This document shows positions 52,494 to 61,225 of a stretch of 64,000 nucleotides of DNA, piece by piece. The first letter of the stretch is position 1. Each line of letters starts with the position of its first letter. Both the position numbers and the translations under genes were made by a program. The stretch is from Thermoanaerobaculia bacterium (GTDB lineage Bacteria > Acidobacteriota > Thermoanaerobaculia > Multivoradales > UBA5704), in NCBI GenBank assembly GCA_044226625.1, contig JBGAGQ010000004.1, forward strand, positions 128,001-192,000. Reading direction: 5' to 3'. Under the pieces are notes generated by a model that saw only the letters and a program-made list of their open reading frames with translations, ran no database searches and had not been told where the DNA came from.

Positions 52494-52561
52494 CCCCGAT
52501 CCTTTCTCAATCCTCTCGCGGCCTGTCCGCGCGCGATCTTCCGACGTGGAACGCGTTCGAC

Positions 52562-53035
52562 TTACCGGCCCGGAGGGGGGCTCGGGGGCGGTTCATGGCG
52601 GCGGATTTCGATCTTCGAAGGCGCCGCGGGAGCGGCGGGAGGGGTCGCCGTCTCGGAACCGCTCTCGGTTCCGGCCGGAGCCTCAGCCGAAGGCGATTCG
52701 GGCACGGGAGCCTCCGCCTCGATCGGAACGATCGGTTTCGACTGCCGCTCGGACGGTGGCGGCGGCTCATTGCCGCCCCCTTCCGGCGCGGTGGTGGGAG
52801 CCGGCGCCTCGGGAGCGGACGCCGCCGGATCGGCATTCGGCGACGGAGATTCCCCGCGACGACGGAAGAGGAACAGCGCCACCGCCAGAGACACGACGAC
52901 CAGCGCGACGAGGACGAAGATCCATACGGGGCGGCGTGAGCCGCTCCGCGCGACGTAGACCCGAGACTCGGACCGGCTGCGATCGCCGCGTCCTCCCGGT
53001 TCCACCGAACCGTTTGGGTTCAAGTTTTCTGGCAT
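52562..53035 (-). CDS. Single-TM Pro/Ala/Glu-rich hypothetical protein
   Basis: TM 'VWIFVLVALVVVSLAVALFLF', low-complexity tail ending KIEIRRHEP, also found in the neighbouring gene. Confidence 0.6.
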   Translation of the reverse strand: MPENLNPNGSVEPGGRGDRSRSESRVYVARSGSRRPVWIFVLVALVVVSLAVALFLFRRRGESPSPNADPAASAPEAPAPTTAPEGGGNEPPPPSERQSKPIVPIEAEAPVPESPSAEAPAGTESGSETATPPAAPAAPSKIEIRRHEPPPSPPPGR

Positions 53036-53128
53036 TTGAGCCGGGCTCCAGGGTTCGGTTCGCGGCGGGTTCCGCGTTCGCGAGCCACCTGGACTTTACC
53101 AGCGGGAAGATTCGATCGTCAGTGCCTC

Positions 53129-53905
53129 TCAAAACCCCGGCTCGTGGCGGCGAATCTCGATCTTGGGCTCCGGGCGTTCCGGCGGCAGCTTAACTCCCGC
53201 GACGATCGAGATCCGGCCGATCGCGTCATTGCAGGTGGTCTCGAAGTCGGTTACCAACCGAAGGACCTTACGGTCCGCCTCCACGCCGTACTCGAGGACG
53301 TGAAACTGGCCTTCCTCCTCGTTACAACCGCCCGTTTCGACGGAGAAGTCGATACCCGCGTAAGGACCTTTGTTGAAGGGCCAGCGCTCCGCCCTGGAGT
53401 AGAAGCCGCGAACGAGGCGTTCTCCCTTGCGCGGACCGAAATCGAGGTGGTATTGGCTCCTACCCTCGACCTCGATCGACACGCTGCTGGACTCCATCAT
53501 TCGGATCGAGAACGACGCGAGGTCTTCGGTTAGGACTAGCCGGGCACCGCCGGCCGCGACCTCGCTTCCTCGGTTGAGCAGACAAAGAAAATTCGAGTGC
53601 TTCTCCATCAGGTCGCCGCAGGCGTCTTCGATATCGGTGAAGGCGAGCCTCCTCCCGGGAGAGACCGGAGCCTCGAACGATGGCGCCGAGCGGCGTCGGG
53701 AAAGGGGAGCCGCGGGCAGCTCGGGCTGCCGCACCGGTTCTCGGCTCTCTACGACCGGCGGCGCGGCCTCGACCGCGATGGCGGGCGGCGGAGCGAGGAC
53801 CACCGACCTCCGCCCGAGGAAAAAGCCGACGATACCGAGGCAGAGATCGAAAGCGAGAACGATCGAAAAAAGGAACACCGTCGATCGGCGCAGATGGTCG
53901 TACAT
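53129..53905 (-). CDS. Single-TM hypothetical protein with Cys-containing extracytoplasmic domain (paralogue 1)
   Basis: TM + 'FLGRRSV', Pro linker, 'DACGDL...NFLCLLNR...FGPRKG...GFY...GPYAG...DFETTCNDAIGRISI'. Confidence 0.75.
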   Translation of the reverse strand: MYDHLRRSTVFLFSIVLAFDLCLGIVGFFLGRRSVVLAPPPAIAVEAAPPVVESREPVRQPELPAAPLSRRRSAPSFEAPVSPGRRLAFTDIEDACGDLMEKHSNFLCLLNRGSEVAAGGARLVLTEDLASFSIRMMESSSVSIEVEGRSQYHLDFGPRKGERLVRGFYSRAERWPFNKGPYAGIDFSVETGGCNEEEGQFHVLEYGVEADRKVLRLVTDFETTCNDAIGRISIVAGVKLPPERPEPKIEIRRHEPGF

Positions 53906-53928
53906 TGGGCTCTGGGCTCCGGAGCTCT

Positions 53929-54774
53929 CTAACGGGTCGAGTCTCCCGCCAGCTCACGAGGGTGCGGGTCGAGCGGCGGCCTTGGCTTGACCGGACGGTC
54001 GGCCCGAATGATGGAAATACGCCCGATGGCTCCGTTGCAATCGGAATCGAAATCCGCCACGAACCGCAAAATCCTGCCATCGCCGGTTTGGGTGTAGTCG
54101 AGGATCAGGAATCGGCCGTCCTGGACTTCACAGGTCGAACCCGTCGACACATCGAGCCCGGGATAGGGTCCGGCGTGGGAAAACGAGCTCAACGCGCCGC
54201 CATAAAATCCCGGGATGAGCGGCTTACCTTTGGGCGGACCGAAACGGAGGGAATATCTTTCCTTTCCTTCGACCCCGATCGACACGCCGTTGTTGGACAT
54301 CGCAGAGATCGAAAATTTCGCCAGCGCCTCGTCGACGACCAACCGGGAGCCACGAGCGAGAAGCTCGCCTTCTCGATTCAACAGGCACAAGTAGTTTCGA
54401 CGCGAGGCCAGGTCGCCGCAGGCGTCTTGCACATCCTCGAAGGCCAAAGGGTCACCCGGCGAGGTAGGCGGCGCATCGGCGCGGTTCGACTCCCGCTCAG
54501 GGGGCGTCGCGTCCTTCTCGATGGGCGCGCCGCCCGAAGGGCTCTTCGTCGCCTCTGGACCGACGGGGGACGCGGCGACCTGAAGAGGGACGGATCGTCG
54601 CCCGAGGAGGAATCCCAAGAGCCCCAAAACCCCGCCGAGAAGGAGCGCGACGGCTAACAGGATCACCGCGTGGCGGCGTTCGTCGGCCTGATCGACGAAG
54701 ACTCGAACCTCAGGCCGGCCGCGGTCGGGGCTCCGCCGCGCGAGCGAGCCGGGGCTCGGAGAAATCTCAGGCAT
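53929..54774 (-). CDS. Single-TM hypothetical protein (paralogue 2)
   Basis: TM + 'LLGRRSV', 'DACGDL...NYLCLLNR...FGPPKG...GFY...GPYPG...DFDSDCNGAIGRISI'; colinear with 53129..53905. Confidence 0.75.
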   Translation of the reverse strand: MPEISPSPGSLARRSPDRGRPEVRVFVDQADERRHAVILLAVALLLGGVLGLLGFLLGRRSVPLQVAASPVGPEATKSPSGGAPIEKDATPPERESNRADAPPTSPGDPLAFEDVQDACGDLASRRNYLCLLNREGELLARGSRLVVDEALAKFSISAMSNNGVSIGVEGKERYSLRFGPPKGKPLIPGFYGGALSSFSHAGPYPGLDVSTGSTCEVQDGRFLILDYTQTGDGRILRFVADFDSDCNGAIGRISIIRADRPVKPRPPLDPHPRELAGDSTR

Positions 54775-54847
54775 TCCAGCTCCCCTCTCTGCGCACGAAA
54801 ATGTTCGCCCTTTAGATGGCGGATTTTAGCATTCGCCCCGATCGGGC

Positions 54848-54876
54848 TTGACTTCGTCTCCTAGGACTTCAATACT
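54848..54876 (+). promoter_or_regulatory. Sigma70-type promoter of the leader/pheA-aroF transcript
   Basis: TTGACT-17 nt-AATACT, ending 9 nt before the leader ATG. Confidence 0.7.
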
Positions 54877-54885
54877 CCGGGTCCC

Positions 54886-54957
54886 ATGACGACGTTTGGC
54901 TGGCACTACTACTTTACGTACCGTGACGCGGGGACTTCCGCGTTCGCGTCCGGGTAG
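54886..54957 (+). CDS. Attenuator leader peptide MTTFGWHYYFTYRDAGTSAFASG
   Basis: 23 codons then TAG TAG; codons 4-12 contain 2 Phe, 1 Trp, 3 Tyr; sits between a promoter and a terminator upstream of an aromatic amino acid biosynthesis gene. Confidence 0.88.
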   Translation: MTTFGWHYYFTYRDAGTSAFASG

Positions 54958-54981
54958 TAGCGCCCGCACGACTCGAACCCG

Positions 54982-55020
54982 AAAGCGCCCCGCCGGAAAC
55001 GGTGGGGCGCTTTTGCTTTT
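54982..55020 (+). terminator. Attenuator (conditional intrinsic terminator)
   Basis: AAAGCGCCCCGCCG-GAAA-CGGTGGGGCGCTTT-TGCTTTT, about 40 nt before the structural ATG. Confidence 0.88.
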
Positions 55021-55062
55021 GGCGCGACTTTCGAGACGACGGGTCGGCCGAGGAGAGATCGG

Positions 55063-56799
55063 ATGCGAGTAGCGATACAGGGAACCCGAGGATCGTTCAG
55101 CGAAGCGGCCGCCCGCAAACAATGGCCCGATTTGGAGCTGCTCCCCCTACGCACGGTCGCGGAGGTGGTCGAGGCGGTGCGCGACGGCGCCGCCGACGCC
55201 GGATGTCTCCCCTTCGAAAACTCGCTGGTCGGCTTGGTAGAGACCACCGAGGACGTCCTCCAACAGGCGTTTCGCGATCAGAGCCTCCATCTCGATCGGG
55301 AGATTCTGCTTCCGGTCCATCATGCGCTGCTCAGCGTGCCGGGCGCGTCGAAGTCGACGGTGCGCCGGGTCCTGTCGCATCCGGTAGCGCTCGATCAATG
55401 CCGCATTTGGCTCGGCAAGCACCTGCCGCAGGTGCAGAGGGTGAGCGAGTGGGACACGGCCGGCGGCGCCGAGATCGTGGCGCACGGCGCCGATCCCTCG
55501 CAGGCGGCGATCGGCTCCCTGCTCGCCGCTGAGATCTACGGCCTCGAGGTGATCGAAGACCGGATCGAGGACGACCCGACGAACCAGACCCGTTTCCTCA
55601 CCTTCACCCGCGAGCCGCAGCCCGAGGTGCTCGACGGCCGTCCCAGGAAGACCTCCCTCGTCGTCTGGACCGACCATCGCCCCGGCATGCTCGCCGCGGT
55701 CCTCCAGGCGTTCGCCACGCGCGGCATCAACCTGACCGCGCTCCAGTCGCGGCCGGAGAAATCCGCGCCCTGGACCTATCGGTTCTACATCGACGTCGAG
55801 GGCTCGGCCCGAGAACCGTTGGTAGCCGAGGCGATCGAAGCGATCGAGGCGCTCGCCAACCAGCTCGTCGTGCTCGGTAGCTACCTCGCCTGGCAAGGCC
55901 CCGCCTCGGCGAACGGCGATGCGGCCGCCGCGGGCGCGGCCTCGGCGCCGAACCACCGGCCGAAACCTGCCTTCCCCTTGTTCGACCGGCGGTATCAGCC
56001 GGAGGACACGATCGTCCGCATCGGCTCGATCGAGATCGGCGGCGGGACACCCCTTCTGATCGCCGGCCCCTGCTCGGTCGAGAGCGAGGAGATGCTGATC
56101 GAAACCGCGCGCACGGTCGCCGCGGCGGGCGCCGACATGCTGCGAGGCGGCGCGTTCAAGCCGCGCACCTCTCCGTACGATTTCCAAGGTCTCGGAGTCC
56201 GCGGGTTGAAGATTCTCGCCGAGGCGCGGCGCGTCTCGGGGCTTCCGGTGGTCACCGAGGTGATGAGCTGGGAAGAGGTGCCGCTCGTCTCCCGCTACGC
56301 CGACATGCTCCAGATCGGCGCGCGCAACATGCAGAACTTCGCGCTGCTTCGCGCGGCGGGCCGCAGCGGCAAGCCGGTCATGCTCAAGCGCGGAGCCGGT
56401 GCGACGATCGACGAGTGGCTCCACGCGGCGGAGTACGTCCTCGCCCACGGCAACCCCCAGGTGGTCCTGTGCGAGCGAGGGATCCGGACGTTCGAGCGGG
56501 CCACCCGCCATACGCTCGATCTGAACGCCGTGGCGATCGTGCGCGAGCGGACCCACCTGCCGGTGATCGTCGATCCGAGCCACGCCGCGGGCCTCCGCTC
56601 GATCGTGCCGGCGCTCACCCACGCGGGTCTCGCCGCGGGAGCGCAGGGGATCATCGTCGAAGTCCATCCCGATCCCGACCACGCGCTCTCGGACGGCGCG
56701 CAAAGTCTCACCTTCCAGGGCTTCGCCGATCTCGCGGCGCAGCTCGGGAGAAAGGGGAAAGCACCCTCTGTGGAATCGGCGGAGCTCGCGGTGGTCTAG
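55063..56799 (+). CDS. pheA-aroF: Fused prephenate dehydratase (+ACT) / type I-beta DAHP synthase
   Basis: PDT: QGTRGSFSE, PFENS, SHPVAL.QC, NQTRF; ACT: 'INLTALQSRP'; DAHPS: IAGPCSVES, RGGAFKPRTSPYDFQG, QIGARNMQN, LKRG, CERG, DPSH, SDG. One uninterrupted frame. Confidence 0.92.
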   Translation: MRVAIQGTRGSFSEAAARKQWPDLELLPLRTVAEVVEAVRDGAADAGCLPFENSLVGLVETTEDVLQQAFRDQSLHLDREILLPVHHALLSVPGASKSTVRRVLSHPVALDQCRIWLGKHLPQVQRVSEWDTAGGAEIVAHGADPSQAAIGSLLAAEIYGLEVIEDRIEDDPTNQTRFLTFTREPQPEVLDGRPRKTSLVVWTDHRPGMLAAVLQAFATRGINLTALQSRPEKSAPWTYRFYIDVEGSAREPLVAEAIEAIEALANQLVVLGSYLAWQGPASANGDAAAAGAASAPNHRPKPAFPLFDRRYQPEDTIVRIGSIEIGGGTPLLIAGPCSVESEEMLIETARTVAAAGADMLRGGAFKPRTSPYDFQGLGVRGLKILAEARRVSGLPVVTEVMSWEEVPLVSRYADMLQIGARNMQNFALLRAAGRSGKPVMLKRGAGATIDEWLHAAEYVLAHGNPQVVLCERGIRTFERATRHTLDLNAVAIVRERTHLPVIVDPSHAAGLRSIVPALTHAGLAAGAQGIIVEVHPDPDHALSDGAQSLTFQGFADLAAQLGRKGKAPSVESAELAVV

Positions 56800-56920
56800 G
56801 CGGAATTTCGCGCTTCTGCTGCGGCGGAAAAGCTTCGCTACGAAAAAATCGGTGAGGCGCGGCGACGAAGCGACTTTAGGGAGCGGGAGCTCATCTCGCC
56901 TCAGGAATCTGGCGCGTACG

Positions 56921-57180
56921 GCCTGGGAAGTGACTTCCCAGGCCAGGAAGCGACTTCCTGGTGCAGGAAGTGACTTCCCAGCTCAGGAAGTGACTTCCCA
57001 GCTCAGGAAGTGACTTCCCAGCTCAGGAAGTGACTTCCCAGACCAGGAAGTGACTTCCCAGACCAGGAAGTGACTTCCCAGACCAGGAAGTGACTTCCCA
57101 GCTCAGGAAGTGACTTCCCAGACCAGGAAGCGACTTCCCAGACCAGGAAGTGACTTCCCAGACCAGGAAGTGACTTCCTG
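56921..57180. repeat. Tandem array of 13 x 20-bp units, each with the palindrome GGAAG(T/C)GACTTCC
   Basis: Units such as GACCAGGAAGTGACTTCCCA and GCTCAGGAAGTGACTTCCCA in exact 20-bp register. Confidence 0.97.
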
Positions 57181-57412
57181 GCTCCGAAAACGTGATTCCG
57201 CCGCGGGAAGTCGCTTGGCGGTTCCGGGAGAGGCGATCGGCCGCCGAAAGTCGCTTCATGACCCGAAGCGTGACGCTCGGGCTCAGAGCTTCGATTCCGC
57301 CTGCGTTTGGCGTCTTGCGCGCCGAGACTGGGAAATCTGCGCCCCCGACCTTTCTCGCTCCGCCCGAATCCGCGATAGGGCCGTCGGACCGGCGGGGCGG
57401 AAACGACGCGCG

Positions 57413-59803
57413 TCAACGCGACGAGAACGCCTCGCCCGGCGCGATCAGACGTTGGGTCGGACGGTCGGGCCGAGGCGCCTCCTCGGCGCCGACGACCTCG
57501 ATCGCCGCGATCTGCAGGCTGATCGGCAGCCGGTCGGTCCCCCACTGGGAGCTCCGCGGGTCCTGCGGTGACTCGTCCGCGGCCTCGATCCGGATCTCGC
57601 TCCAGCCTTTCGGAGCGAGGAACGGCTCGCTGGTGAACCAGCGGTAGAAGACCGGGTTCGCGCGCAGCCGGATCAGCTCCTGGCCGCCCGAAAGGCGAGG
57701 AACCGGTACGTTTCCGCCGAGACCCCGTGCCTCACCCGGCAGGAGCACCACCTTGGCCGAATGCGATGCGAGGAAGCTCGTCGCCCCGAGCCGGAAGACG
57801 ATCGGCTTCTCCGGAGTCGGATTGTAGAGAGCGAACGTTGCCTCTCGGCCCATCCGCGCCGCCCACCGACCGCGCCAGGGCTGCCGGTTGCGGAGTCCCG
57901 CGGCGGGGACCAGGACGGCCGCCTGCGGCGCGGGCAGGCGGTCGGCCGCGTAGGCGATCGCCGCTTCGTCTCGGTCGATCTCCGCGGGCGCGAGCAGCGG
58001 CAGGAGCGGGACGGTCTCGCCTCGGAGATCGGAGAAATAGGCCCTGTCGGTATAGATCACCGCGTACCGGAACCCGTTGTAGTGGAGGAACGCCCAGACG
58101 TAGTCCTGCGCGTCGGCCCGAACCACGTCGAAGAACTGATTCTTCGGATCCGAGAGATAACCCACGAGCGACAAATTTCGCGCGAAGAACGGCGACGGGA
58201 AGCCGACCTTCTCTTCGAGGACTGCGTTGATCATCCCGCTGTAGCCGCCGCTCGTCCGGCCGCGATGCTCGAGCTGCCAATAGGCGGTGGCCGACGGGAG
58301 AAAGAGCCCGCGGGTGCCGAAGAACGGCGCCTCGTGAAAGGTCGCCTTCGGATCCTGCGCGACGATCCGACGGTAGAGATCCGGCATCGGCGGCGGCGTC
58401 GCGCCCGGATAAGCCGGCGGCGAGAGGTCGAGGATCGTCACGGCGAACAGACCGAAGAGGGCGAACTGGCGCAGCCTCGGGTTCTCGATCGAACGGCGCA
58501 AACGGGAGAGCCCGCTCGCCGCGATCACCGAGGCGAAGACCACGGCGAAGAGATTGAAGCGGGCCGGTACGCGCAGGTCGCGCATCGGTGGAAAGATCCG
58601 CCAGAGCCAGTCGGCCGGCAGGGGCACCGGCTCCAGCCGAAACGGCCGAAACGCGCCGAGCGAGAGCACGACGGCCACGGCGAACGCCGCCCAGATGTAG
58701 CCGGAATGCGGGAAACGGACCCGGCGCGCGGCGGCGTAAGCGATCAGGCCGATCGACACGAGCCCGAGGTACGAGGACCGTTCGACGCCCGACGCACCGA
58801 ATGCGGCCTTGGTGTAGGGGTGCCAGGGGATCAGCGCCGACGCCGGCTGCTGCTCGGTGGGGATGAAGTAGCCCCAAAGGGGCGCCCAGTAACGCGCGAA
58901 CTCGATCCTGCCGCGCGCCGCTGGAAAACCGTGGCTCTTCGCCCAGAGCTGGCTCGAAAAGAGGAGCGCGAGCCCCGCCGCCGCGATCAGAGCGAACGCC
59001 GCGAGCCAGACGACTCGGGAGCGCAACCAGGAGCCGAAACCCGCGCGGATCGATCGCGCGGCGCTCCAGAGGACGTAGAGGGCCGCCGGAATGGTGGCCA
59101 TCACCGCGAAATAGGCGGCGCTCGCCGAGACCAATAGGTAGGTTCCGAGGGCCGCGAGCAGCGAGCGCTTCCGCGGGCGCTCCACCAGCTCGATCCAGGC
59201 GAGAAGGAAGAACCCAAGGACGCCGACGTAGATCAGCTCGAGGTGGGCGAGCGCGTGGAGGGTGACCGGCGTCGCGAGCATGCAGACGAGTCCCCCGAAC
59301 ACCGCCGCCACCCGGTCGCGAAGCAGGCGCCACGAGAGGTAGAAACCTCCTGCGGCCGTGAACAGGAAGCCGAACGCCCAGATCAGGTTGTAGCGGGCAA
59401 AGTCGGTCGGAAGCGCCCAGCCGACCAGATTCCAGATCACCGCCTGGAGATGGAGCGGCGAGAACAAGCCGAGCGGCGCGCCCACCGGGTACATCACGTC
59501 GGGCGCGAGAAACGGCAGCCGACCCGCTGCGAGGCAATCCTGGTACCAGCGCAAGATCCAGAGATGCTGGAGCGGATCGGCGAAGGTCGCCGGCACGTCC
59601 GAAGCGAAGCGCGCGAGGACCCGGTGGCCGATCCAAAAGAGGCACGCCAGATAGAGCGCGGCCGCAGCGAGCACCGTCTGGCGCCCTGGGCCGCCGCGCG
59701 CGCCGTCTCCGCTCGGGGTCTCGATCGCGCCCGCCCGCAAGGCCTCTCCCGGGATTCCTCTTTCGATCACTCCTTCGCTACCGACCGGCTCGTTCAAGCG
59801 CAT
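57413..59803 (-). CDS. Large polytopic membrane protein, GT-C/YfhO-like glycosyltransferase
   Basis: 'DPLQHLWILRW', 'MYPVG', many TMs, 'SYLG', 'LRVPARF', 'GGYSG', soluble C-terminal domain. Start uncertain (about 59770-59827). Confidence 0.75.
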   Translation of the reverse strand: MRLNEPVGSEGVIERGIPGEALRAGAIETPSGDGARGGPGRQTVLAAAALYLACLFWIGHRVLARFASDVPATFADPLQHLWILRWYQDCLAAGRLPFLAPDVMYPVGAPLGLFSPLHLQAVIWNLVGWALPTDFARYNLIWAFGFLFTAAGGFYLSWRLLRDRVAAVFGGLVCMLATPVTLHALAHLELIYVGVLGFFLLAWIELVERPRKRSLLAALGTYLLVSASAAYFAVMATIPAALYVLWSAARSIRAGFGSWLRSRVVWLAAFALIAAAGLALLFSSQLWAKSHGFPAARGRIEFARYWAPLWGYFIPTEQQPASALIPWHPYTKAAFGASGVERSSYLGLVSIGLIAYAAARRVRFPHSGYIWAAFAVAVVLSLGAFRPFRLEPVPLPADWLWRIFPPMRDLRVPARFNLFAVVFASVIAASGLSRLRRSIENPRLRQFALFGLFAVTILDLSPPAYPGATPPPMPDLYRRIVAQDPKATFHEAPFFGTRGLFLPSATAYWQLEHRGRTSGGYSGMINAVLEEKVGFPSPFFARNLSLVGYLSDPKNQFFDVVRADAQDYVWAFLHYNGFRYAVIYTDRAYFSDLRGETVPLLPLLAPAEIDRDEAAIAYAADRLPAPQAAVLVPAAGLRNRQPWRGRWAARMGREATFALYNPTPEKPIVFRLGATSFLASHSAKVVLLPGEARGLGGNVPVPRLSGGQELIRLRANPVFYRWFTSEPFLAPKGWSEIRIEAADESPQDPRSSQWGTDRLPISLQIAAIEVVGAEEAPRPDRPTQRLIAPGEAFSSR

Positions 59804-59910
59804 TTTCCTCCAATGATATGATTGCATGTCTCGGGCGCGTCGCCCCGAGCCCAGCCGTTCGAAACGACCGTCGAAACTACCCTGTCCGAGAGTCTCCGTT
59901 CGAGCCCGCC

Positions 59911-60678
59911 ATGCGCGCAGTCGTCGTCATCCCCACCTACAACGAGCGAGACAACATCGCGCCGCTCGTCTCGCGACTGATCGGGCTCGCAATTCGAGAA
60001 GGTGATCAAGCCCTACCGATGCCGCTCGACCTGTTCTTCGTCGACGACAACTCACCGGACGGCACGGGGCGCTTGCTCGAGTCGATGCGCGCGGAGATTC
60101 CGAACCTACGCGTTCTCCATCGCGAGGGCAAGCTCGGTCTCGGCACCGCCTACCGCACGGCGTTTCGCCAGCTGCTCAGCGAAGGATACGACCGGCTCCT
60201 GTCGATGGACGCCGATCTCTCGCACGCGCCCGAATCGATCCCCGCTCTCCTGCGCGGAAGCGAGGACGCCGATCTGGTGGTGGGCAGCCGGTACGTCGAG
60301 GGGGGCGGAACCCAGCACTGCTCGGCCGCGCGGCGAGCCCTCTCGCTCACGGCGAACGCCGGCGCCCGGGCGTTGCTCGGCCTCAAGCTACGCGACGCGA
60401 CCGCCGGATTTCGCTGCTACCGCCGGGAGTTGCTCACCGATCTCGACCAACGGGACATCCGTTCGAATGGCTATTCCTATCTGCTGGAGATGTCCTACTA
60501 CGCGCAGCGCCTCGGCTATCGGTTGAGCGAGGTGCCGATCCGCTTCGACAACCGCGTGCACGAGAAGAGCAAGATGAGCCGCAAGGAGATCTGGCTCGCT
60601 TCGAAGACCCTGTTCCGCCTCGCCGGGGGGCGCTTCTTCTTCGGCGCCCGCCGCGTCCATCGCGTGCTGCCGAACTGA
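59911..60678 (+). CDS. Polyprenol-phosphate mannose synthase-like GT2 (DPM1/Ppm1)
   Basis: VVIPTYNERDNI, VDDNSPDGT, KLGLGTAY, MDADLSH, VVGSRY, DATAGFRCY. Confidence 0.92.
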   Translation: MRAVVVIPTYNERDNIAPLVSRLIGLAIREGDQALPMPLDLFFVDDNSPDGTGRLLESMRAEIPNLRVLHREGKLGLGTAYRTAFRQLLSEGYDRLLSMDADLSHAPESIPALLRGSEDADLVVGSRYVEGGGTQHCSAARRALSLTANAGARALLGLKLRDATAGFRCYRRELLTDLDQRDIRSNGYSYLLEMSYYAQRLGYRLSEVPIRFDNRVHEKSKMSRKEIWLASKTLFRLAGGRFFFGARRVHRVLPN

Positions 60679-60679
60679 C

Positions 60680-61225
60680 CTAGCGCGGCTCGACGCCCCC
60701 ACGACCGAGCTCGGGCTCGTCGTCGATCTCGGACGGTATCTCCGCTTCGGACGGATTCGGAGTGTCCGGCTCGGGCAGATCCCCTCGCTTCCATACCCCC
60801 CCGCAGCGGCGGCACACCCAACGCCGGCGAAAGAACGGGAACGGAAAGCCGAGCAGCACGGTACCGAGGAAGAACCCTTCGCGAGACCAGGTGCGGCGGT
60901 AGAGATCTTCGCTCCGGCAGCGCGGGCAGCGGGGTTCCGCGCCGTCCTCCGCGGTGACCAGCCGCAGCTGCGACAGCGGATTTTCCTTGCCGAGCAACTC
61001 TCTAGCCCGGGCGGCCTCCTCAATGGGGACCTTGAGCTTCACGCCGCCGACCGCGCTCGAGAGCATCCAGTCCATGCCGATCAGGTGCAGATCGGCGACC
61101 ACCGCCGAGATCCCTTCCCCTTCGAGGCGCGCGCGCGCGAGCTCGGCGTCCCATGGGTTCGAAAACGTCTCGACGATTTCGAGATGACGGACTTCCCAGT
61201 CGGGATCGCCCGCAGGCTCAGACAT
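60680..61225 (-). CDS. DUF2007 domain protein with zinc ribbon
   Basis: 'AELARARLEGEGI', 'GGVKLKV', CPRC...CRRC flanking a hydrophobic segment. Confidence 0.8.
   Translation of the reverse strand: MSEPAGDPDWEVRHLEIVETFSNPWDAELARARLEGEGISAVVADLHLIGMDWMLSSAVGGVKLKVPIEEAARARELLGKENPLSQLRLVTAEDGAEPRCPRCRSEDLYRRTWSREGFFLGTVLLGFPFPFFRRRWVCRRCGGVWKRGDLPEPDTPNPSEAEIPSEIDDEPELGRGGVEPR

Noticed and set aside
56921-57180. CRISPR array interpretation of the repeat
   Set aside because: Cores are 13 bp and linkers 7 bp and recurrent, not unique spacers of about 30 bp; no cas genes in the window.
57003-57571. Repetitive ORFs over the array (GSHFLVWEVTSWSGKSLP...)
   Set aside because: The 20-bp unit is not a multiple of 3 and linker variants introduce stops; no RBS. 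These are by-products of the DNA repeat.
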